From positions 806,001-870,000 of the forward strand of contig NW_027596118.1 in NCBI RefSeq assembly GCF_964194155.1: a stretch of 64,000 nucleotides of DNA, written 5' to 3'. Below the pieces are notes generated by a model. It saw only the letters and a program-made list of their open reading frames with translations, did no database searches and had not been told where the DNA came from. Below are positions 36,726-49,905 of this stretch, in pieces. How positions within the stretch are numbered: position 1 is the stretch's first letter; every line of letters begins with the position of its first letter. A program made the translations under genes and the position numbers. Source of the stretch: Cetorhinus maximus. Lineage: Eukaryota.

Positions 36726-38110
36726 CGAGATCCTTTTGCACTGAAGCATTCTGAAGTTTCTCTCCATTTAAATAACATGTCGCCTTTTTACTCTTCCAAA
36801 CAATATGTATATGCTCACAATTATTCCTGTTAAACACCATCTGGCAAATTTTCTTCCATGCACCTAACCTGTCCATCTCAATTTGTAAATATTGTATATC
36901 TTGATTACAACTTGCTTTCCCACTTATTTTGGTTTCAGCTGAATTTTTAGCTATAGTGCCTACTATCCCTGAATCCAGGTTATTCATAAAGTTTGTAAAT
37001 AGTTGGGCCTCAATGACCGAACCCTGACGAAACAAATTATTTACAGCTTGCCATCCAGAAAAAGACTCATTATTCCGACTCTTTGCATTCTGTTAGTTAA
37101 TGAATCCTCTTTCCAAGCTAATATATTACCCATCGCTCCGTGTGATCTTACCTTGTGTATTAATCTTTTGTGCGGCCCCTTTTCAAAGGCCTTCTGGAAG
37201 TCCAGAAATACAGCATCCACAGTATCTCCATTATCCACTTTGTTTTTCACAGGTTCAAAAAACTCTAGCAAATTACCCAAACAGGATTTACTCTTCATAA
37301 AACAATGCTGACTCTGCTCGATTCTATATCGACTTTGCAAATACCCCGTTATGAATTACTCAATAATGGATTCCAACAATTTCTGAACGACAGACATTAA
37401 ACTGGTCTATAGTTTCCTACATTCTGCCGCCCCCAGCCTTTCTGAATAAGGACGTCATATTAGGATTGTTCCAATCCACTGTAACCTTTTCAGAATCCAG
37501 GGAATTTTGGAAAATAATGACCAATACATTCACTATCTACGCTGCCACATCCTTCAGGACCCTGGGATTTAGGTCCACAGGCCCAGGGGACTTGTCACCC
37601 TTTAATCAAAATAGTTTGCTCAGTACTTTTTCTCTAGTTCTGGTAATTGTTCTAAGTTCCTCGTTCTCTGTACCCTCTGCTCTACATGTTACGATAGGGG
37701 TGGCACTAGTTTCCTCAACTGTGAAAATTTGGGCAAAATTTTGAGGCAAAACATATAGTGCAATTTCTGCGTTCACCACTATTAACTCCCCAGTCCTACC
37801 CTCCACGGGACCAGCATTCACTTTAGCTACTCTATTTCCTTTTATATAATTATAGAAGCTTTTGATATCTGTTTTTACATTTTGTGCTAATTTTCCTTGG
37901 GTCTTTTATGCTTTTTAATAACCCTCTGTTCATCGTTAAAGTGTCAAGTGTACAAAGTGTAACAAAGTTACAAGTGTAAAACTTGTCACTGACCTTTGCA
38001 TTTTGGTATGCCTTAGTTTTGGACTTTGTGTCACATTTACCTTCCTTGTTTAGCCATGGATGATTTTCCCCCCTCTTAGCATCTTTCTTCCTCATTGGAA
38101 AGATTGTTCA
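36722..38110 (-). mobile_element. CR1 ORF2 fragment (RT), 3'-truncated
   Basis: KSCLGNLLEFFE, VFLDFQKAFEKGPH, QGSVIEAQLF; ends at VQKDLG. Confidence 0.9.
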
Positions 38111-38675
38111 CTTTATTTTTGCGATTGTCACGAAGCATTTTTGATAATGGTATTTAGACACATTTATGTGACTGAATGTGTTGCCAAGGTCGATTATCAG
38201 TTTACATATTTAATGCAGCTAAGAGCTGGGGGTTTTAGGCCACGTCGAGGGAAAATGTACCCTTGGCTCCAGGTCTGTTGAATCAGTTTTGATTTATTTT
38301 TCCCAGTTTTTTTTTTCTCTTCCCGGTAGATTAGTGATGCTTTTGTTACTGCCGCGAGGAAAGTGTTATCCTTCAAATTGTGTTATTTGCTACCTGAAGC
38401 GAAAGGCAGCAACAGAGGTGATGGGCGTCATATCAGATCCGATGTTAAGGAGGATTTGTCAGGCGAAATTCCCAGTTTTATTCGGGTGCAATACTCGGAT
38501 CTCGCACGTGTAAATGCATGGGGTTTCTATGTTTCTTTATAATTCACAATCTCGTCTTTCTGCTTCACAGTTGCCCTTATCAATGATCCGACAGTGGATA
38601 TTTGTTGCAAGAAGCACTTGTATTTCAGCCCTTCATGTTCAAATCTTTCTATCTATCCATCCATCTATCTATTTA

Positions 38676-38996
38676 ACTAAAACAAAAAACAAAAATACCT
38701 GGAAAAACTCAGCAGGTCTGAGAGCATCTGTGGAGAGGAAGACAATTAAAGTTGCGAGTCCGTTTGACAGTGATCACTGGCCTTCTATCCAGCTCTACCT
38801 GCCCCAACCCCCCTCTCTTAAACCAGCTTATATTTCACTTATTTTCTATTTTCACTTAGTTCTGTTGAAGAGTCATACGAGCTCGAAACGTTAACTGTGT
38901 TTCTCTCCACAGATGCTGTCAGACCAGCTGAGTTTTTCCAGGTATTTTTGTTTTTGTTTTGGATTTCCAGCATCCGCAGTTTTTGCTTTTATCTAC
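38676..38996. mobile_element. Penelope-type pseudo-LTR remnant in inverted arrangement, abutting gap 38997-39279
   Basis: 38680-38760 is the reverse complement of about 38880-38960; homologous to the Penelope terminus at 63175-63355. Confidence 0.8.
38858..38896 (+). ncRNA. Minimal hammerhead-ribozyme-like motif (variant core)
   Basis: AGTT-CTGTTGA-AGAGTCATACGAGCTC-GAAAC-GTT-AACT, with helix I AGTT/AACT and palindromic ACGT helix III. The core deviates from CTGANGA. Confidence 0.5.
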
Positions 38997-40449
38997 NNNN
39001 NNNNNNNNNNNNNNNNNNNNNNNNNNNNNNNNNNNNNNNNNNNNNNNNNNNNNNNNNNNNNNNNNNNNNNNNNNNNNNNNNNNNNNNNNNNNNNNNNNNN
39101 NNNNNNNNNNNNNNNNNNNNNNNNNNNNNNNNNNNNNNNNNNNNNNNNNNNNNNNNNNNNNNNNNNNNNNNNNNNNNNNNNNNNNNNNNNNNNNNNNNNN
39201 NNNNNNNNNNNNNNNNNNNNNNNNNNNNNNNNNNNNNNNNNNNNNNNNNNNNNNNNNNNNNNNNNNNNNNNNNNNNNNNGCTCTCTCACTCTCTTGCTCA
39301 TTCACTCGCTCGCTGCATTTGCCGCACGCTCTGTCTCCCGCTCTCTCTCTCGTGTACAACTCTCTCTTCAAATCAATCATTCCATTTGAATGTCTGTCTA
39401 TCTGTGCATCTATGTGTCTGTCGGTCTGTCAATCTAACTATCTTGATGATTAATTCTCCCGGCTATTCGACATGTGAGTGCGCTGCAAAAAAAAAAATTG
39501 TCAGTGTGATATCACGTGTGAGATTAGATCAATCTATACTTGCACAATCGATTTCCAAATTCTGCATAAAATGTCTGTTCAGCGGAATAAACTAACTTAA
39601 CCCGCGCTTCCTTGTCCTGAAGGCGCTGGACTCTGTTCTCCACAAATGCTGAAATCACTGGATGATTCCTCCATTTGGTTGCGCCGAAGGTTTGTTATTT
39701 TGTTCAAAATCATGTTTTCAAACGTATCCTTTCATGTGGCGGGGATGTGGTTAGATTGGCCACAATTTATTGCTCGATCCAAATTTCCCTTGAAAAGGTG
39801 AAGGTCTCCTACCTTCCTGAAATTGTGTATTTCATCTGAGTGACGTCAGTGGCATTCCCTCGGTACCTAGAATGAAGTCCGTCAGGCTCAGTGTGATTTC
39901 AGATGACTGAGGAGTCCAATTCTGTACCTACATGTTCTTCCGCCGTGGGACACGTTTTTTGCACTTTCAAGTGGAAATGAAAGGTCCAGGTTGGTTCACT
40001 TCTCCTTGTTGTGACTCGGCCTTTCTCCATTCTTTTGAGTCGCTGAACCTCGGAGCGGTTTTCGATTTGATTGTACACGTTGTGCCAGGCCGAGAGACCG
40101 GCAGCATTCTCCTCCCGCTACCTGGTGTTAAGGCCTCCGTGCTTTAGGGAGACCTGGAGAGTAGGCTTACAACTTTCTCTTTGGCCGCGCTTTGGACGAG
40201 GAATGCTAAGTAGCACATGCAGGTAAGGAAAGGCTCCCCTTTCCCGAAAAATGTGCCCGACGACCGCCACAAATCTGCCACATTTGTGCAGGATTTTGAC
40301 TGGGGGCCATAACAGTTTTGCCCCGGTCCCCAATCCTCCTTCCCCACTGGGCTTTTCGCCTGAAGCAGGCCTGCGAACCCCATATTTTAGTACCAGGATT
40401 CCGGTGCGCCAGATGTATGCTTCATATGGTGCAGGCACGCCACTTTGCT

Positions 40450-41500
40450 TCTAGGAAGGTGATGTCAGGACCCTATGCAGTGGGATCCAGCTTGCAATCT
40501 CTGAGTTTGTCTTTGAGATTTCATGCATCCTGTAGTGGAGCTCCCCGTGCTCACCGAGTGTGGCGTTTTGGTACGTAGGCATTTTCCAGATGAACCGCAT
40601 GACCTACCCAGGGAACCGGGGCTCTAATGAACATATTTTCGATGTCAGGTATGCTGCACTTTGCAAGATCATCGGTTTTGCGGATTTTGCCCTTGCCAAC
40701 AATCGTTGGAAATGGTTCATGGACATTGAAGTTGGAAAGTTTTCATTTGCTTTCTATGAGGCCGAAAGATTATGCAAGTCTCGCACTGATATGGAAGTGA
40801 TATAAAAATCACTGCCTGGCAGGACTCGATATTCCATCTGAGGGAAAATCCATGTTTGATTTGCAGAAGTCAGTGAGTGAAGCCTGCCAAGTGCCGAGCT
40901 TGTTTTTGTCAGGCGGAGGGTAATTTGCCCATCCAGTTAGTGCCCTTGGAGTGCATGCTACCAAGTTAGCAATACTTCCGTACTGAACAGAGTGGTGCGT
41001 TGTTCAAAGCGGCTGTGGTATCTTGGAGCACGTAACCAGCAACGGTTTGATACAGCATCTCTATCCTCAGATATATTGTCAATCGAAAACATTCTGAGTT
41101 TGCAGCAAAGCGCTCAGCACGCAGCTGAATGTCTCCGGATCCTGAGCCATGAGTGCGCATTGGTCCGCGAATAAGACTTCCCTCTGTAGCTTTCCAGTAA
41201 CCTCTGTGCAAGGATTTAACTTTGGCTCTTTTAAAAGGCTGCCTGTGGTCCTGAAATAAATGTGTAATCTTGTGTTAAGCTCTTTGAGCGCATGCTTGGA
41301 GAATGACCGATAAATATATGACAAACAGAGCTGGAGCCATTAAACAGCCTCATTTGGCGCCGCAAGTGACATGAAATGGGTTCACAATGACGAACCACTT
41401 TGCATCGCTCTGATTATGACGCCATCACCAAAGAGCAAAAGACACTGATCATCTGTTCAGGGCTGTCGCATATTCATGGCTGAGTTGGATATTTCATTGA
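40450..41500 (-). mobile_element. Decayed RTE-clade LINE RT fragment
   Basis: HIYFRTTGSL...REVLFADQCALMA, matching RTE I.YRT.G.L..RELLFADDCAL. Confidence 0.7.
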
Positions 41501-42869
41501 CCAATAAGGGAGACTAGGGTCATGAGGATGTACGTGTTGTGAGGGAGGTGGCGGAGGTGGCCGGTGTACTGCACTGGTTGGGTGAGAGCAGGCAGGATAG
41601 CGGGGCTGAGGCCACGATCAGGTAAACCATGAGCTTTCCGAGTTGCAGAACAGGCTCAAGGGGCCGAATGACCTACTGACCTTAACTATTCTGTTTTGGG
41701 TGCTTGTTTGAAATGCAGCCCACAGTAAAGCCGGAGGCGCCGTCGGTTCGGGTTCATTATACTCAGTGCATCCATCTGCTAATGATTGTCTGCAGAAGAC
41801 ATTTAAGGGCCACGAGTTAAATGTAAAGCGTGGAATACGCTCCAAGCTATGTACTCTAGATATCCAATTATTTTATTCCAAAAATTGTTTTTCATTCAGT
41901 TCAAACATCAGTCTGGATGGAGTTTGTGAGTGGGTGAGCAGGAGGATTGCATGGCTTGGGGAATCGTTACTGAGGGTGTCTGGGGTCGGATTGTCTTGAA
42001 CGCATTATTTTGAAATATTTCGGTACAGAAAACAAAAGCCTTCTCCAGACACTTTCTGTTGCGCATCAGGTCACCACCAACACCAACCTTCCAGTTCCTA
42101 TGGTTGCGTTTATAATTTCCAGGCAGAATGGTGCAAATTTATGTACAACGACACAGAATGTAGGTCAAGTCACTGACGGAAATGTCATTCCCAGAGGAAT
42201 CCACCGAAAGATCTGGGCAGCGTATGAGTTCCCTCTGGAAGATTAAATGACAAATACATACATCAGCCATGTGCCCTGTTGGAACATAGAATGGGTCCCG
42301 AAACACAAAACAGTGGTGAGCATCTGAAATTTCCCCACTACTTCCTCTGGCGGTTCATGCGAATTGAGGTTCCTCGAATAATTTTGATCTAAATTAGTAA
42401 CGATTTGATTCTCAACATCGCTCTGTGGGTCAGTCATTTCCCGCCGTGACTATCCACTTTGGGATCTACCCGATGCTCGTTAAAATATAGCCCTTTCAAT
42501 TGTATTGACCGCACAGATAATTGCAATGTTCGACGTTTCATTTCGAAACGGTTCCTTTCACAATGGGAGCGACTGACGTAACCTGTTTGTTAAATGACTG
42601 AAACTAATTGATTTCTTTAGGGGACATGAATGCGTTCATGGGGATTTATCTGCTGCCTACATAACAGTCTCTTTGACTGTCACATTTCATGTTTTCCAAA
42701 ACGCTCGGTGTATCTGTTTCAACAGGAGTTAACGCTTCTCACCGAGGATATAATTTGCTGCACTTCATCAGATACGGGCCATTTACAAACCCATTCTCGA
42801 ATCTGTCGTTTTCCGATGTACGTTTATTAACATGCTCTCGGACTAACAATATCAATTTCTGTCCTTCTT

Positions 42870-43160
42870 TGCATTCATGGATGAGGGCAACGCTAGCAAC
42901 GGCAGCATTTGTTGCCAATCTGTAATTCCCCTTGTAAAGTGGGTGGTGAGCTGCTGCGGTCTTTGTGGTGTAGTTACATCCACGGTATTGTTAGCGGGGG
43001 GACGGCGGGTCCATTAATTTGACGCACAGGCTGTGAAGGAACGGCGATATTTTTCCGAACCAGGGCGATGAGTGGTTTGGAGAGGAACGTTCAGCTCCTG
43101 GCGTTCCCATGGTCATGTTGCCTTTGTCTTTCTAGATCGTATCTTCCGTGGGTTTGATTA
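42870..43160 (-). mobile_element. 3' end of the second LINE family, just upstream of paralogue E
   Basis: Reverse complement of the tails at 49600-49900 and 55760-56040. Confidence 0.7.
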
Positions 43161-43413
43161 GTTAACGAAGGGCTCCATGTGAGTCAAAGGTAACAGGTTT
43201 CCCCTGTTCCCTGCTACGAATGCTGTCGTGCCAGTTTTCCCCGGGTGCTCCAGATTGATTAATGTGGCATCTCCTTCCAAATCTTTTGTGATTTTAACGT
43301 GTTTCTCTTATTTTCCTGAAATGAATTTAAAGAAGAGGATTTCTACGTTTCGGCTCACACGTTCATTCCATCTTGTGCATCCATCTCAGCAGAAAAGACA
43401 TCTCCTCATAAAG

Positions 43414-43483
43414 ATGGGAGAACTGATACTTCACCAGATAAAAGCCATTTACTATCCTATTCTTGCGGCTATTGGTGTTCCTG
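43414..43483 (+). CDS. GPR139-like: GPR139-like paralogue E, exon 1
   Basis: AAGATGG start; MGELILHQIKAIYYPILAAIGVP-G|GTAAG, phase 1. Confidence 0.88.
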
Positions 43484-43999
43484 GTAAGAGCCCAAATACA
43501 ATCATTACCCGTATAAAAGGATGTTGATGTTCTTCTCAAACGCCGGTTCCGATAACATGGGATCGTTTCTTTACTGTTGGGGCGTTATCAAAGCAGGAAT
43601 GTATGTTTAACCATAACGTGAACAGATTTCTTCCTGTTGCTGTATCTTTCACTCCGTGGTATCCACTGATGACACCATATTCTTGCTTTACGGAATGACA
43701 TGTAACAGGTGGGCTCTGCAATAATTATCATAATCAAGTGCATAACCGAGTTTCAACTTGTAGAAAACACAATCTGTGAAAATCTGTGCAGAGGCAAATT
43801 CTCATTCTGCAAAATTCCGATTGAAATACTTGACGCCTTTGCTTGTTTTTCATCCATTTTCCAATATTTAAAGCAGCGGAATTCCTGTCAAATCACATAC
43901 TTATTACCAAAGCGATGCTTTTACAAATCTGTATGCAGAGAGGATATCTAGAAGTCTCGGTGAAACAGATTACTGTGTGTGCTGAAGACATTCCGATGT

Positions 44000-44425
44000 C
44001 TTACTCACTTGTCTATTGAAATATATGCATTTCAAAAGCCTCAGTTATCGACCACCGTAATGAATTTAGATGAAGTCACTGAATTAACGCAAAAGGTGAC
44101 AGGCAAGTTTTGGTCGTGAAGCTTCCACAAGCAACAAGTTGACAATGACCAGATGACCCTTTTTGTGGGATTTGGCAGAGGTTTAAATAGTGTTCAGGAC
44201 GCAAGGGGCTACGACAATGTTGTTCGGCGAAATAGTAGCATGGATTCTTTGACGTTTACCCTGTGATTCGATTTGACATCTGTTCTGAAAGTTATTACAT
44301 CCGATAGTGCAGAACTACTTCACTATGGCAATGAAGCATTAGCCGAGAATTTTCTTCTCAAGTACTGAAGCCAGACGTAAGTATTCAAACATCTATCTCA
44401 GCACGCAGGTTGCTAACTGAGACAT
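44000..44425 (-). mobile_element. Old SINE (DeuSINE-like), decayed
   Basis: Antisense of degenerate GTACTGAGGGAGTGCTGCACTGTCGGAGGTG..CTTTCAGATGAGACGTTAAACC domain at about 44265-44330. Confidence 0.45.
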
Positions 44426-46438
44426 GAGTGGTCCGATTTCGACGATTGTGCGGAAGAAAGGCTCTGCCTCCGGGACCATGATTAAATGTAGCAACAGATT
44501 GTGGTGGAGAAGGTGGCAGCGCCTTCATGTTTACTTTTCACTTTTTTGTTTCTTGCCTGAGCTTTCAACGGAAAATATTTTTGGAAAAACAGTTTCTGAG
44601 AGAAGGTGGTCTTGAGCTTGTAGCCATACCGACTTTCTGTTCACAGCATTACACTCTTGCTAACTTATCTAACTTGCTTTGAAATGTAGAAAACTAATTT
44701 AATAAACGTCTACATCAAGTTATTACATATATGGCAGCTACAAATTATTTCAGTGAGATTCACTTAGAAAGTCCATTCTTCAAAATTCAAGTGGACGTTG
44801 ACTAAGTAAACAACAGAAATCATAATCCAACCGTGATTATCTGAGGCTCACGTCAATTTTGCTTGACTTATATAGATCATTTAATTTCAGCAGTAATCAG
44901 TATAAATGTCTGATGTTAATCTTCTGTATAATAATGCAGCATTGAATAACTTCACTAATTCTCTAAAAAGGTTCCTGCATTTAAAAAAAAAGAAATATAC
45001 ATTTTACCAAATAATGCTAAAATTCATGAGTTTTATGAGCTTTGCCCATCTGAAATGAAATAAGCTGTAGAGTATAATAATTTAAACATGGGTGTGTTAG
45101 GAGTTAGGTCTTTATCTTCAGGTAATCGACAATTCGTAATTTCACTTTTCTGAACATATGTTAGTCTTCAGACTCAAATCGATGTGCCCACCACGGTCAA
45201 TCATTATCGCAATCTTCTGCACTTGTTGGCCAACCAAAATCTATTTTCAGCTTCACATTTCAAATCACTTCACACTGATGCTGTGCTTCAGACGCAAGCG
45301 AATCCCTTCTGCCCTTTTGGCAACAAAGTGATTTGTTCTGCAGCCGATCAATTAATGGGAACTCTGTCCTGTCTACTCGGAAGCAAAACGCTACTTATGA
45401 CCTCACTAGTATCAAATTTTCGAATTGCTCATTCACTATGCTTTGCAAGAAATGTTCTCCTATGGCCAATAAACATTGCCCACTTAATCTGATAACAATA
45501 TCACCGTTCCCAGTCAGCCATTAAACTGCCCTCTTGATCAGAACTGAGTGCACCCATTCTGCATAGCAATGTTCCTTCAGTCTTTCTGCAATGAATTAGC
45601 GATGCATTGACCTGAAATAATCCAGCACAATGCCGAGCCAGCATATCAATCTCACCTTACTCAGTCTGACTTAAAACACATGACTGATCAATTCTCATCC
45701 CCGAATAAAACTTCTCCCTGGGAACGTGCATACGAATGTCACCTAGTAACGATTGGCATTGTACCGCCACTGTGATGACGCCTATGTAAACTTGCATTCG
45801 GCCTCATCTAAGCTGGTCTTTTATGTAGCTCAGTGACAATTTTTTGGTCCTCTGTTTTTACCATTTCATCTTTACCCTCACAAGTGTTCAGACTATGATC
45901 GTGCCCCTGAGCAATATTTTACCTTCAAGCTGTAAGTTATGTTGCAAAGTAATCCTTCCCAGTACTTATTCACATCTATAGACCACCCAGCAGTCATTAC
46001 GCCACTGCCTCCTCCAGAGTATATCTCTACTTGGCCTAGATTCTGTTTTGCGTTTTGATTTCCCATTTCACATTGTACCAACACACATGAATTGACCATT
46101 TACACCTTCCATTTACCTTTTAAAATCGACCATGACCAGCCGTTTGTGTGCATTCAAATTGTCCAGGTCAAGTTCGCCCTCAGCAATCTCAATCGTTATT
46201 GTACAATAGTTGTCCAGTTTGCCTTGAAGATGTTCCTTTCAAAAGTCGAATTATCGACTGATGTTTCTCTTCCCTAAGCACTTTCTCGAGGTCCCGTTAA
46301 CATTTAAAACATATTCACCTCGGAAAGCAGACTGTCCATATTTGGGTCAAATGCACGATCCTTTGCTGCAACAGGAAGAAAATTAATCACGTTCATCTGT
46401 GTTGTCTCTCTCAAGCTCTTTCAATCTCTCTCTTACAG

Positions 46439-47328
46439 TTAATGTTGTTGCGATTGTGATTCTTTCCCGAGGAAGGTGTGGCCTCTCCAAATGTATTACC
46501 CACTATATGATCGCCATGGCCGCGGCGGATCTCCTAGTTGTTTTTTCTGAAGCCATACTGAAGAATACGCTGGATATTTATTTCCCTGTTTTATTCTTGA
46601 CCATGAGTACGTTGTGCCAACTAAAATTGACATTGATTAATGTAGTCACATCAGCCTCTGTCTGGTTAACTTTGGTGTTCACCTTCGATCGTTTTGTGGT
46701 CATATGTTGTAAGAAGCTGCGAAAAAAATAGTGCACGGGTACAACAGCAATAGCTGTCATATCAGTGGTGAGTGTGTTGAGTTGTTTGGTAAACATTCCA
46801 TGGTACTTTGCGTATGAACCTGTGTATATAATGGACAATGTTATTCATGGTTGTGTCCTAAAGCAGACATTTTTCCTTTCTGCTGAATGGGTCGCATTTG
46901 ACTTGTTTACCCTTACCTTGACTCCATGTGCTCCATTCGTTCTAATTTTGTTGCTAAATGTTTTGACTGCTAGACGTATTTTGGCGGCCAGTAAAGTTCG
47001 CAGGAGTCTCCGCGGTTGCAGCAATGGAGGACATCACAAGGACCCTGAAATAGAAATCCGAAGAAAGTCCATTATTTTACTCTTCAGTATAACCGGCAGC
47101 TTTATATTGCTCTGGACAACACCGGTTATATATATTATTTATCTGCGTGTAACATTCACATCGAATTCTGCCGCAATTGAGCTTGAATCAGTTGGATTCA
47201 TGCTCGGGGTCCTCAGTTCCTGCACAAATACATTCATTTATGTGCTGGCACAGGCTAAGTTCAGGGAAGAGCTGAAGAGCGGAATGCAGTACCTTGTGAA
47301 AATGTGCGCAAAATTAAAGCTGAATTAA
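46439..47328 (+). pseudogene. GPR139-like: GPR139-like paralogue E, exon 2 with a single in-frame TAG at 46729-46731
   Basis: Acceptor TCTCTCTCTTACAG ending at 46438; VNVVAIVILSRGRCGLSKC..AMAAADLL..FTFDRFV..KK*CT..TPCAPF..RRKSIILLF..GFMLGVLSSCTNTFIY. The same frame continues on both sides of the stop. Confidence 0.9.
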
Positions 47329-48974
47329 AGCTGTAAACCCATTGACCTTTACAGGAGGACATAAACTTTGTGCCCTGAAAGAACTCATGTTAGCAAAATG
47401 TCTGTAACAACGCTTAAGCACTCTCGATAAAATAATATCCTACTAAAAATGCTCTTTTATAATATAATGCCAGATTTAACTCATTTTCACAGCATACTGT
47501 AATCAATGGTGAATTGTAAGTTGTGATAATAATAATAACAAATAATAATAAAAATACTGAACAGCCCCTGTTAGCGTTGCAGCGTTTGAAATGGTGAAAT
47601 GTGATGCCAGGTTCTGACAGCCTTGTGTTCATTGGAACAGTTGTTCTGATCAACAAGTGAACACCCCAACATCACCAACTGGATCACGATAAGTGACAAA
47701 TGTAACATAGACAAGCGTCACAAATTTCCTACAGCGTCTATTCTGGGCCAAAGAGTACATAGGGGGAATTTTCAGTAAAAGTTTCATGAAGTCTGGGACC
47801 CTCCAAATATCGAACAGTTGCACAATGAGCTGCTTCTCAGAGTTCCATATACCTCACGTGTTTAAAACCAGGAAGGCCTGGTCATCACGTGTTTTGTGAA
47901 AGGACGAGCATTGGTGCAATTGATCACTCATTCCCATGATCCATTGGGCTGAGAGACGGCTCCATAACTTAGATTCAAAACTTTTAAATTCGATTTCCCT
48001 ACGATTCATTTGAAAGCGCAAATAGCTCATATTTATTTTTTTCACGATTAATGGGGCTACCGCCTCCCCACATGCTCATTCACAAGACCCTCTGTTTCAT
48101 ATTATCTGGTCGTTTCACACACACAGCCACCAAATGGCTGTTATCATAATTCTCGAATGTTTTAATATGTTTAACTTGATATCCACTCATCAATATAGCG
48201 AGTGACGCTTCAACCAGGTATCAGCACGAATTCCCAGCCAAGAAACGTCTCATCACACATGGCCCTACCATCTACTTCCTTCTGTGTATACCTGTGTATA
48301 GAATGTGAAAAAAAAATAATGTAATTATTCTCGTCGCATATTCTTTTCATATACCTAACTTAAATGCCGTTTGTAGAACGCAAACATAGTCGGGATACAG
48401 CACAGAAGCGGACCATTTGTCCCGTCCTTTCCTTATTTTCCCTCTAAAGGAAGATGCAGCCGGCAGCCAATCTTCCGGCTTCTCCCTGTTATCTGGGTCA
48501 TTCGCTTTTCTCAGATATTAATCCAAAAACGTCTTGATCATTCTTAATTAACCACCCTAATCTCGCGGCAAAATGATTGGCCAGAACAACTGCCAATTAA
48601 AGTGGCATTAAATAGAAAACTACAACCGCTGTCCTTGAATAAATTAACATTAAAAACAAGACAGACTCGCTCATGGCATGAGGGGTATAACTGACAAGAA
48701 ATACAATTATTGACAACCATTAATTGCTCTTACAGCAAAGCATACGTGATCCGTCTTTTCGAGCAGCTAAAGTGTTTCTGATATCTTGGCACTGGCTGCT
48801 TAGGGTCTGAATTACTAAATACCCAAACCGCCGGCTCAGCTACCACTCTTTTCTAAATGTTTGCTCTGGCTTTTCGGCGCCTGCACTTTCTAAGTATGCA
48901 CCCGACTGCTCAGCTCCCAGTCCTTTTAGTTCCTGAGGGAACCTGAGTTCCTCATGGTAGATTCCGAGGCTCAA

Positions 48975-49905
48975 CGATGTTTAGCTCCCTCATCAATGAC
49001 CTTCTCTCCATCATAAGGTCGGAAAGGGGGATGTTCGCTGATGATTGTTCAATTTTCAACACAATTCGTGACTCCTGAGATAATGAGGTTGTCCATTGCC
49101 AATTGCAGCATGTTCAGGCTTTGGCTGACATGTGGCAAATGACATTCACACCATAGAAGTACCAGCCAAAAGAGAAAACCAAACCATCTCCCGTTAACAT
49201 TCAATGGAATTACCATCACCGAAAGTCGCACTATCAGCATTGTAACGGTTATCATTGACCAGAAACAGAACTGGATTGGCCAGAAAGCACGACGTTGACA
49301 AATGCAGTTGAGATGCAAGTAATCCTGCGGCGAGTAACACACCTCCTGACTCCCCAATTACTTTCCACCATCTACAAGGCACAGGATTGGAATGCAATGG
49401 TATACTCTCCACTTGCTTGGATGCGTGCAGCTCCAATAGCGGTCAAGAAGCATGATAGCATCTGGGACAAATCAGCCTTTGATTGACACCACATCAATAA
49501 ACGTTGACTCCCTCCACCACCGACGAACAATAGCAGCAGTGTGTACTATCTGCAAGGTGCACTGCAGGAATTCTCGAAGTCACCTTAGATATTACATTCC
49601 TAACCCACGAACGCAACAACCTAGAAGGATAATGGGAAGCAGGTGTATGGGAACACAACGATCTGGAAGAAATCCACAAAGCTACTCACCAGCCTGATTT
49701 GAATAGATATCCCTGTTCCTTCATTGTCGTTGCTTCACATTCCAGGAACTCCATCCCTAACAGCACTACGGGTGTAGGGTTGCCAGAGGGACTGCTGCGA
49801 TTCAAGAAGGCAGCTCACCACCACATTGTCAAGTGTATCTACGTCAGGGCAATAAATGCTGTTCGAGCGATTGACGCCAAAACCCCCTTAATGAACAATA
49901 ATTAA
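48975..49905 (+). mobile_element. Second LINE family (Zenon-like CR1-group) 3' fragment
   Basis: INDL..GMFADDC..SLHHRRTIAAVCTICKVHC; tail shared with the SINE at 16470. Confidence 0.8.

Noticed and set aside
38897-39595. Long ORFs up to 232 aa
   Set aside because: Open only because they run through Ns.
39930-40450. GC-rich segment with a CAG|GTAAGG donor-like site
   Set aside because: No supporting ORF or promoter motif set; it abuts an RTE remnant and is more likely an unclassified repeat.
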